Origin: an uncultured Aliarcobacter sp.
Lineage (GTDB): Bacteria > Campylobacterota > Campylobacteria > Campylobacterales > Arcobacteraceae
Assembly (NCBI GenBank): GCA_963664305.2
Contig: CAXXLV010000002.1
Coordinates: 1,600,001-1,664,000, forward strand
Reading direction: 5' to 3'
DNA length: 64,000 bases
Under the pieces are notes generated by a model, which made no database searches, was not told where the DNA came from, and was given only the letters and a program-made list of their open reading frames with translations. The position numbers and the translations under genes were made by a program. Below are positions 45,032-52,839 of the stretch, piece by piece. Position 1 is the stretch's first letter. Every line of letters begins with the position of its first letter.

Positions 45032-45159
45032 GTAAAGTTCCCAAAAAATTAGTTTAAAATGTCTTAAAATAAGACCTATAAATAAAATGTAAACATTTAT
45101 TAATTAGTTATGTTTCAAAAGTGAAACCTATCTTTTTGTAGAAAGATAAGGAACTTTAC
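45032..45159 (-). ncRNA. RT-associated structured ncRNA (about 128 nt)
   Basis: Perfect 10-bp closing stem 45150-45159/45032-45041 enclosing four hairpins (45129-45148, 45112-45127, 45081-45101, 45061-45075); starts 7 nt after a TATAAT box. Confidence 0.8.
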
Positions 45160-45165
45160 ATGATT

Positions 45166-45171
45166 ATTATA
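45166..45171 (-). promoter_or_regulatory. Sigma70 -10 box for the ncRNA-SLATT-RT transcript
   Basis: TATAAT on the minus strand; predicted start 45161-45159 coincides with the 5' end of the closing stem. Confidence 0.7.
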
Positions 45172-45310
45172 TTTTAAAACTAATAATAATTAAATAAAAA
45201 TTATTTTTATATCTAAAGTTTTATTTAATCAATTTTTTAAATAAAGTGAAAATACTAATTTTATTATTTATGATATATATCGAGAATGCAAAAACACCCT
45301 CAATATAAAA

Positions 45311-45913
45311 TTATTGTCTTTGTTTCATTTGATGATTTAAGAACTCTTCTTTACTAATATTTCCATCTTTATTAGTATCTATATCTGAAAATGATGGTTG
45401 ATTATCAATATTTTTCATCATTCTTCCTTCAGATAGTTTTTCTTCCATTCTTTTCTCTCTAGCTTCTTCCATCTCTTTAGTACTAATCATTCCATCATGA
45501 TTCATGTCATAATTTTCAAAACTTGGCATATTAAAATGTTGTCCCATTCCTTGACCCATCATACCTTGCCCAAAGCCTTTGTTTCCTTGATTAAGTTGCA
45601 TTTGTTTATTTTGACCTTTTAATAACTCTATTTCAGTCAATTTTCCATCTTTATTTGTATCAAACATACTAAAATCTGGAGCATTATCTATATTTCTCAT
45701 AGGCATTCCTGCTTCTTGTTTTTGCTCCATTCTTTGTAGTCTAATATCATTGAACTCTTTTTCACTTACAAATCCATCTTTATTTGTATCATAAGTTGAG
45801 AATTCTATCGGACCTCGATTTGATATATCTTCTGCATTAACAGTGCTTATCATAATAGATAAAGAACTAGCAACAACTAAACCTAATTTAACTGTTCGTG
45901 ATAAATTTTTCAT
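45311..45913 (-). CDS. Secreted EF-hand protein with Met/Gly/Gln-rich linker
   Basis: Signal peptide; four loops DTNKDGFVSEKE, DTNKDGKLTEIE, DMNHDGMISTKE, DTNKDGNISKEE; start 45913 after AAGGA. Confidence 0.85.
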   Translation of the reverse strand: MKNLSRTVKLGLVVASSLSIMISTVNAEDISNRGPIEFSTYDTNKDGFVSEKEFNDIRLQRMEQKQEAGMPMRNIDNAPDFSMFDTNKDGKLTEIELLKGQNKQMQLNQGNKGFGQGMMGQGMGQHFNMPSFENYDMNHDGMISTKEMEEAREKRMEEKLSEGRMMKNIDNQPSFSDIDTNKDGNISKEEFLNHQMKQRQ

Positions 45914-45982
45914 TATCTCATCCTTTTTATTTAGATGATTCATTCTACTCTTTATTTAATATAATTACCATAACTTAATTTA

Positions 45983-47275
45983 TTATTTTAAAACGACTTT
46001 TACTTTATCTAAACTATTTGTGTTAGCAAAGTCATTTATAAGAGTTGCTAATTGTAAAACATCACTATTTTTCATTCTAATACAACCAGCTGATTCATTT
46101 GTACCAATTGTTTTTTCATTTAAAGTTCCATGTATTCTATATGTACTTTTTCCATCAACAATATGCGTAAGATTTATTTTAGCTGCACCCATATAGTTAT
46201 ATTTATCTCCAGGAGGTACAACAGAAGGAAGATTTATTCCTCTTTTTCTAAAACTTTTTATTGTATCAGCTGTTGGATACCAAACTGGGTTTAAAGAAAT
46301 TTGAGAGATTTTTCCAACACCAAAAGGTTTTTTTACATCATCTTTTCCAGTTGAAACTCTGTAAGTTTTTATCTCTTTTAAATGGTCATCTATTTGAGCT
46401 TTTACTGTCATATAATTTGTAACAGAATTTACTTCAATAATAAGTTGTTGATAATCTGAAATATTTGCTTCAATATCTTCTTCAACTTCTTTTAAAGGTG
46501 TAGGTTTAATTTCTTCTTTTTTAGGTATCTCTTTTTTGATTACTTTTGGTTTTTCATAACTTTTTGTGATTTTTTGAACTTTTTCTTTTTTTTCAAGTTG
46601 CTCATTCGCTCTATCAAATTCATCCATACTGATTTGTCTTAACTCTTCTTCGTATGAAGCAATTTTTTCATCATTTTCTTTTTCTTCTTTAGCACTCTCT
46701 TCTTTTGCTAAAGGTACAACCTCCTCTTTTATTTCTGGTTTTTCTTCCACATCTTCATCATCTACAAATCTTTTTCCCTCAGCAAATGGATAAGAACTAA
46801 CTAATTTAAACTCTTCTGTATTTGGAACAGCAGAAACCAAAGGAAACTCTTCTACTTTTTTTAAAGGAACAGTTACTTCATTTTCTTTTGGTATTACTGT
46901 TTCAACTATTTCTTGTTGAATTACTGAATCTTCTAAATCAATATAAACTTTTTTATTGTTCTCTTTTAATTTTAATACTTTTTCTTCTAACTCTTTTACA
47001 TAAGGTTTTTGTTGTTTTACATAAGTTGAAGAATTTTTTATAGTTTGATTAGCAATTTTTTTATCATCATAAACATTTAAATATGTAAAATATCTATTCT
47101 TATCTTTTACAATAAGTACTTCTGCATTCATACTATCTAGTATTCGTTTTTTACAAGTTAATGCATTTTCTAGATTTGAAGTTACACAAACTGAAATAGT
47201 ATATTTTTGCGTATTTGCAAAAACAAAAGAACTATTAAAAATAATAAATAATAAAGTTAAAATTTTTCTAATCAT
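45983..47275 (-). CDS. L,D-transpeptidase (YkuD family) with N-terminal SPOR-like domain and acidic linker
   Basis: Signal peptide; NPVWYP, RIHGT...ESAGCIRM catalytic motif. Confidence 0.88.
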   Translation of the reverse strand: MIRKILTLLFIIFNSSFVFANTQKYTISVCVTSNLENALTCKKRILDSMNAEVLIVKDKNRYFTYLNVYDDKKIANQTIKNSSTYVKQQKPYVKELEEKVLKLKENNKKVYIDLEDSVIQQEIVETVIPKENEVTVPLKKVEEFPLVSAVPNTEEFKLVSSYPFAEGKRFVDDEDVEEKPEIKEEVVPLAKEESAKEEKENDEKIASYEEELRQISMDEFDRANEQLEKKEKVQKITKSYEKPKVIKKEIPKKEEIKPTPLKEVEEDIEANISDYQQLIIEVNSVTNYMTVKAQIDDHLKEIKTYRVSTGKDDVKKPFGVGKISQISLNPVWYPTADTIKSFRKRGINLPSVVPPGDKYNYMGAAKINLTHIVDGKSTYRIHGTLNEKTIGTNESAGCIRMKNSDVLQLATLINDFANTNSLDKVKVVLK

Positions 47276-47428
47276 AATTATATTTTACTCTTTCTATCGA
47301 TTTGTTGGTATTTTACCTTTTAATTGTTGTAAATTTATTTATATTCTTATGATAAATATACTAAAATTTATCATTTAATATAATAACTATGTTAAACTTC
47401 CACTTTCAAAATAATTAACAATATAAGG

Positions 47429-48655
47429 ATGTTCATGTTCACTGATGATGATTTTATTGAACTTAACTCAAAATTTTACACAACTTGTAAACCTCAATCA
47501 AGAATTTTTACACTACTTACTGTACCTGCTGCTTTATTTGCAATTGTATTAGTATGTTATTTAGGATTTTTGCCTTTAAAAGTTGAAATTCACAGTGTTG
47601 TTTTAATCGGTTTTATATTTTTCATTTACCTATTCTTTGTAAAACACAATGCCTATTTTGTTTCTTGTAAATTTAAAACTCAATATTCAGAATTGGTTTT
47701 TTATCTAAAAGAATATATCAATAAAAACTTATTAACAATTGGTGAAACAACTAAAGCAAATGGAAGTGTTGATGACTTTTTAAAAGACTATACAAGTAAT
47801 ATAAGAAATACAAATTTCTCTTCAATCGCTTCTGGAATTTTCCCAACACTAGGAATTTTAGGAACATTTATCTCTATTGCATTTAGTATGCCTGATTTTA
47901 CTTCTGGAACAACAAGTGCTTTAGAATCTGAAATTTCAAAACTTTTAGGTGGAGTTGGAACTGCCTTTTATGTTTCAATTTATGGTATTTTCTTATCAAT
48001 TTGGTGGATATTCTTTGAAAAAATTGGAATGAGTAGATTTGACCATGATACTTTTGTAATCAATGAAAATACTAAACATTTTTTCTGGACAAAAGTTGAT
48101 ATTGAATCAATTCACATAAAAAGTAATTTAGATAACTTTACAAAAATGAGTGAAGTATTTAATCAATTAACATCAAGCAATATTTTAGAAAATATTAACT
48201 CTTCAATCGAACATAGATTTGAAGTTTTAGAAGAGATATTAAAAAAAGAGCTAATTTTATCTTCTAAAATTGCAGAAAATATTGATAATAATGAAAGATT
48301 ATCAATGATGTTAAAAGATATGACTTTAAATATGCAAACGACAATAAAAAGCTTTGAAAAACAAAAAGATTTATATGCTTTAAATGCAGAATTATTAAAT
48401 GCAAATATTGAAAAATTAAATTCTCACATGGGGAACTTAAGTTCAGATAATTTAAAAGCAATTTATACAAATATTGTAAAAAGTATCGAAACTATGAAAA
48501 GTGATATGGAAAAAATTGAATGGAAATTTAAACAAGGTCTTGAAGAGTATGATGAAAATATTACTTTTAGATTGAAAAACTCTCTTGAGTTAATAGATGA
48601 AGAGACTACAAAAATCATAAAAGATTTTAAAGAATTTAAAGAAATATCAAAGTAG
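47429..48655 (+). CDS. MotA/TolQ/ExbB-family (ZorA-like) membrane protein with long helical tail
   Basis: FPTLGILGTFISI and GTAFYVSIYGI TM motifs, about 200-aa helical C-terminus; start may be 47435. Confidence 0.8.
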   Translation: MFMFTDDDFIELNSKFYTTCKPQSRIFTLLTVPAALFAIVLVCYLGFLPLKVEIHSVVLIGFIFFIYLFFVKHNAYFVSCKFKTQYSELVFYLKEYINKNLLTIGETTKANGSVDDFLKDYTSNIRNTNFSSIASGIFPTLGILGTFISIAFSMPDFTSGTTSALESEISKLLGGVGTAFYVSIYGIFLSIWWIFFEKIGMSRFDHDTFVINENTKHFFWTKVDIESIHIKSNLDNFTKMSEVFNQLTSSNILENINSSIEHRFEVLEEILKKELILSSKIAENIDNNERLSMMLKDMTLNMQTTIKSFEKQKDLYALNAELLNANIEKLNSHMGNLSSDNLKAIYTNIVKSIETMKSDMEKIEWKFKQGLEEYDENITFRLKNSLELIDEETTKIIKDFKEFKEISK

Positions 48656-48661
48656 TAAAAA

Positions 48662-49693
48662 ATGTACAATAAAGAACAAAAAAATGATGAAAACTTTTGG
48701 ATATCTTATGCCGATTTAATGGCAGGATTACTTTTTGTATTCATCTTAGTAATTGGAGCTATTGTAATAAAATATGTTTATACACAAAGTAATTTAGAAA
48801 AAGAAAAAGCAGCTTTAAACTCAAGTGAAGAGGCAAAATCAAAACTTTTTTATGAATTAGCAAAAGCAAAAAATCTATACGAAACTACAAAAAGTGATTT
48901 AGATAAAGCAGCATCTGAACTAAAAGATAAAGATAATAAAATCTCTTTAAATCTTGCAGAAATTGAAAAATTAAAAGCTTTACTTTTAGAGTATGAATTA
49001 AATGTAAAAGATGAAAAAAGTAAAAATGAGAAGTTATCAGCAGAATTAACTGAAAAAACAAATATGATTAGTTTAAAAGATGAAGAGTTAACTATGCTTG
49101 CTGATAAGTTATTAGTTCAAACACAAATTCATCAAAAAATGGTTGAAGAGTTTGATATAGCAAAAATCAAAATCAAAAACTTAACAGGTATAAAATTAAC
49201 TGTTATTGCAAAACTAAAAGAAAAACTTGGAAAATCAATTAATATAGATGAAAAAAGTGGAGCTATAAAATTCTCTTCAAATATTTTATTTGACCAAAAC
49301 TCTTATATTTTAAAAGAAGATGCAAAAAAAGAACTAAGTAATACTCTAAAAAAATATTTGAATACTTTGCTTGGCGATAAAGAGATGAAAAAATATATTG
49401 AAAGTATTACTATTGAAGGACATACAAATAGTGATGGAACTTATCTTTCAAATCTTTCATTATCTCAACAAAGAGCACACGCAGTTATGCAGTTTTTATA
49501 TGATTCTAATATCATAGATAAAAATCTTTTATCAACTTATGTAAATTCAAGTGGAAGATCTTCTTCTGATTTGATTTTAAATAAAGACGGAGTTGAAGAT
49601 AAAGATGCTTCAAGAAGAATAGAGATTAAATTTACAATAAAAAATGAAGAAGCTATAAGAGAAATTCAAAATTATTTAGGTGAGAAAAAATAA
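48662..49693 (+). CDS. MotB/OmpA-family (ZorB-like) protein
   Basis: FWISYADLMAGLLFVF TM with conserved Asp, coiled coil, IEGHT...NLSLSQQRA...SRRIEI peptidoglycan-binding domain. Confidence 0.85.
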   Translation: MYNKEQKNDENFWISYADLMAGLLFVFILVIGAIVIKYVYTQSNLEKEKAALNSSEEAKSKLFYELAKAKNLYETTKSDLDKAASELKDKDNKISLNLAEIEKLKALLLEYELNVKDEKSKNEKLSAELTEKTNMISLKDEELTMLADKLLVQTQIHQKMVEEFDIAKIKIKNLTGIKLTVIAKLKEKLGKSINIDEKSGAIKFSSNILFDQNSYILKEDAKKELSNTLKKYLNTLLGDKEMKKYIESITIEGHTNSDGTYLSNLSLSQQRAHAVMQFLYDSNIIDKNLLSTYVNSSGRSSSDLILNKDGVEDKDASRRIEIKFTIKNEEAIREIQNYLGEKK

Positions 49694-49824
49694 TGGAAAT
49701 ATCAAAAGAGCATCTTTATAAACCTCAAAATTTAGAAGAGTTATCAAAAGAGGTAAAAGAAAAGATTGAAAAAAAGAGATTATCTTTTTTTCAAAAACTT
49801 TTCAGATTTTTATTTAGAAAATAA
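49693..49824 (+). CDS. Uncalled 43-aa small protein with C-terminal amphipathic helix
   Basis: TAATG overlap with the upstream stop; MEISKEHLYKPQNLEELSKEVKEKIEKKRLSFFQKLFRFLFRK. Confidence 0.55.
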   Translation: MEISKEHLYKPQNLEELSKEVKEKIEKKRLSFFQKLFRFLFRK

Positions 49825-50740
49825 AATCTTCTATATTCTGAGCAACCATTTCTACAAGTCTAGTTCTAGCTTCAATACTTGCCCAACCAATATGTGGAGT
49901 TAATAAAAGTCTATCTTTGTTTTTAACTTTTAAAAGAGGATTTGACTCTTCAATTGGTTCTTTATTAACAACATCAATCCCACAATAAATCTCTTTTTCA
50001 TCTATAAGTTTTGCCAAATCATTTTCATTGATAATTCCACCACGACCAAGATTTAGTAAAATTGCACCTTTTTTCATATTTTTCATGTTTTCATAATTTA
50101 ATAAATCTTTTGTATTTTCATTTAAAGGTGCGTGAATAGAGATAATATCACTTGTTTTTAATAACTCATCAAGACTTGCTTGTTTATATTCACTATTTGA
50201 ATTTTTTCCACTTGTTGAAAAATAAACTACTTCACAATCAAAAGCTCGTGCTTTTTTTGCTAAATTTCGACCTATTTCACCAAGACCAATAATTCCTACT
50301 CTTTTTTTATCAAGTTCATAAAATGGTTCATCTATATGTGTAAAAATTTTTGATTTTTGCCATTTCCCCTCATCTACATAAGATTTATAATAATTTAATT
50401 TTTGAACAAAATAAAAAATCATTGAAAATGCAACTTGAACAACACTTGAAGTTGAATATCCAGCTACATTTTTTACTTCAATATCTTTTTCTTTTGCATA
50501 AACTAAATCTACATTATTCGTTCCTGTTGCAGTTATACAAATAAGTTTTACATTTGAATCATCCATTTCATCTTTACCAATAACAACTTTATTAGTAAGA
50601 ACTATATCTGCATCTTTTATTCTTTCTTTTGTTTTTTCTTTTTTTGTTACATCATAAGAAGTAACTTCTCCATATTTTTCAAAAATAGAAACATCAATAT
50701 CAAAACCTAAAGTTGCCCTATCTAAAATTACTATTTTCAT
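49814..50740 (-). CDS. D-2-hydroxyacid dehydrogenase
   Basis: GIIGLGEIG, ISIHAPL, LNLGRG, LTPHIGW. Confidence 0.93.
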   Translation of the reverse strand: MKIVILDRATLGFDIDVSIFEKYGEVTSYDVTKKEKTKERIKDADIVLTNKVVIGKDEMDDSNVKLICITATGTNNVDLVYAKEKDIEVKNVAGYSTSSVVQVAFSMIFYFVQKLNYYKSYVDEGKWQKSKIFTHIDEPFYELDKKRVGIIGLGEIGRNLAKKARAFDCEVVYFSTSGKNSNSEYKQASLDELLKTSDIISIHAPLNENTKDLLNYENMKNMKKGAILLNLGRGGIINENDLAKLIDEKEIYCGIDVVNKEPIEESNPLLKVKNKDRLLLTPHIGWASIEARTRLVEMVAQNIEDFIF

Positions 50741-50749
50741 ATTTATCCT

Positions 50750-51727
50750 TTAATTTCTTCTTTGCCCAGCTTTTGGAGCACTTACATCTTTTTGTAAATC
50801 TACACTCAAATTATTATAAAAAAGTTCACCATAATTTGTCTCACGATTTATAGTTTCATAGGCTTGTTTTATGTCATTACTATATTTTAAAGCATCTTGT
50901 AAAATCTTTATTATCTTTACAGATTCTAAAAAGTTCACATGAGATGGAGCTTCAATAGGTGAACTATAATATTTATGCATTCTTTCAACTAATGATTTAT
51001 TTCTAATTTCAATAAAAACTGATTCAATTGGAGATTTAAAAAATAGAATTTTTTGTTTTACATTTATTGAAATATATGTAGTTTCCATTCCATATATTTT
51101 TCTTGAGAAAGAATCAAATAAAAATAGTTTTTTATTGTAATTATTATTGAATAGTTCATAAATCAATTCAAGAATTTTTATTTTTTCTTCTTTTGTATAA
51201 AAGTTTCCAATACTAGCAAAACAAAATGATAAAATTGATTTTATTGAATACCATTCAGTTGTATCGTAGTCATATCTTAGCATTTGGTCAATTCTTGCTT
51301 GCTTTAATTCTTCAATATCTGGACTCGTAGAACTTTTGTACACTTTCTGTACAGCAGAATCTCTATACATAGGTCCTGGAAACTGCGCTTGAATTACAAA
51401 TCTTCTGTTTTTTTCCATTTCCATTATATATTTTAATCTACCGTAATAGTCTTCATCTATAATTCTTACTTCTTTTTGAGGAATTTGTGTAATAGATTTT
51501 AAAAACTCTTCACCATAACATCCCTCTTCCCAAATATAATCAGGATATCTAAAAATCTGACAAATTTTATCTTTAATATCTTTATTTGGTTCAATATCAG
51601 TTACATTATCAATCCACGATGTAACAGTTCTTCTATCCTTATTTATCATTGAAGCAAACTTTGAAATACTCAAATTTGATCTTTTAAATATCTCTATAAA
51701 TTTTTCTATTGAATTTTTATAATTCAT
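50750..51727 (-). CDS. Putative transcriptional regulator with N-terminal XRE-like HTH, divergent from prp operon
   Basis: LSISKFASMINKDRRTVTSW HTH pattern; position head-to-head with prpB. Confidence 0.65.
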   Translation of the reverse strand: MNYKNSIEKFIEIFKRSNLSISKFASMINKDRRTVTSWIDNVTDIEPNKDIKDKICQIFRYPDYIWEEGCYGEEFLKSITQIPQKEVRIIDEDYYGRLKYIMEMEKNRRFVIQAQFPGPMYRDSAVQKVYKSSTSPDIEELKQARIDQMLRYDYDTTEWYSIKSILSFCFASIGNFYTKEEKIKILELIYELFNNNYNKKLFLFDSFSRKIYGMETTYISINVKQKILFFKSPIESVFIEIRNKSLVERMHKYYSSPIEAPSHVNFLESVKIIKILQDALKYSNDIKQAYETINRETNYGELFYNNLSVDLQKDVSAPKAGQRRN

Positions 51728-51751
51728 AATGCACCTTCAAGTTAATATGTT

Positions 51752-51857
51752 CAAATATTGTACCATTTTTTATCATAAAAAACAAATATTGTACATTTAT
51801 TATTTTTTGTAAAATAAATTGCAATTTATCTTCCAAAAATCATACAATCCTTGTATG
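51752..51857. promoter_or_regulatory. Candidate operators in the regulator/prpB intergenic region
   Basis: CAAATATTGTAC at 51752-51763 and 51783-51794; CATACAA-N3-TTGTATG at 51841-51857 overlapping TACAAT. Confidence 0.55.
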
Positions 51858-51903
51858 TATAAATCATGTATAATGACATTCAACTTAAATTTAAAGGATG
51901 TGT

Positions 51904-52788
51904 ATGAGCGCAGGAAAAAAATTTAGAGAAGCCTTAAAACAAGAGTCTCCTTTACAAATCGTAGGAACAATTAATGCTTACCAAGCATTACAAGCTACAA
52001 AAGTAGGACACAAAGCTATCTACTTATCAGGTGGAGGTATTGCAAATGCTTCTTACGGTTTACCAGACTTAGGTATGACAATGATTGAAGACGTATGTAT
52101 TGATATTAGAAGAATTACTTCTATTTGTGATACTCCATTAATCGTTGATGCTGATACTGGTTGGGGACATGCATTTAATGTTGCTAGAACAGTTAAAGAA
52201 TTTATTAGATCTGGTGCTGCTGGTATGCATATTGAAGATCAAGTTGCTGCAAAAAGATGTGGACACAGACCAAATAAAGAATTAGTTTCTACTGAAGAAA
52301 TGTGTGACAGAATTAGAGCAGCAGTTGATGCTAAAATGCAATTAGACCCAGATTTCTACATCATTGCTAGAACTGATGCACATGCATCTGAAGGTCAAGA
52401 AGCTGCAATCGCTAGAGCTAAAGCTTACGTTGAAGCTGGAGCAGACGCAATTTTTGCTGAAGCAGTTCACACTTTAAAAGAATACAAAGAATTTACAGAG
52501 CAAATGAGCGTTCCAGTACTTGCAAATATTACTGAGTTTGGTGCTACACCATTATTCACAACTGAAGAATTAGCATCTGTTGGTATTGCAATGGTTTTAT
52601 ATCCATTATCAGCATTTAGAGCAATGAACAAAGCTGCTTTAGCTGTATACCAAGAATTAAAAGATAAAGGTACACAAGAAGGTGTTCTTAATACAATGCA
52701 AACAAGAATGGAATTATACGATATGTTAAATTACCATGCTTATGAGCAAAAAATGGATGAATTATTTTCAAAAGGTAAAGCTAAATAA
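51904..52788 (+). CDS. prpB: 2-methylisocitrate lyase
   Basis: [30 protein letters not shown] at 51904 preferred by RBS spacing. Confidence 0.97.
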   Translation: MSAGKKFREALKQESPLQIVGTINAYQALQATKVGHKAIYLSGGGIANASYGLPDLGMTMIEDVCIDIRRITSICDTPLIVDADTGWGHAFNVARTVKEFIRSGAAGMHIEDQVAAKRCGHRPNKELVSTEEMCDRIRAAVDAKMQLDPDFYIIARTDAHASEGQEAAIARAKAYVEAGADAIFAEAVHTLKEYKEFTEQMSVPVLANITEFGATPLFTTEELASVGIAMVLYPLSAFRAMNKAALAVYQELKDKGTQEGVLNTMQTRMELYDMLNYHAYEQKMDELFSKGKAK

Positions 52789-52839
52789 TTTTAGCTTTAC
52801 AAAAAACAAAATTTGAATAAATAAAACTAAGGAGAAAAT

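Noticed and set aside
45060..45113. DRT2-like Neo ORF from the 51-nt unit between two ACA motifs
   Set aside because: The unit length is a multiple of three, but I translated all six frames and each contains a stop codon.
43110..45159. Classical retron interpretation (terminal inverted repeats resemble a1/a2)
   Set aside because: RT lacks NAxxH and VTG (has FLGY) and the RNA has no long msd hairpin; a SLATT_5-like partner fits a UG-type RT better.
43070..45305. Terminal inverted repeats or target-site duplication around the RT cassette
   Set aside because: Only weak similarity (AGGGGTT versus AACACCCT); not convincing.
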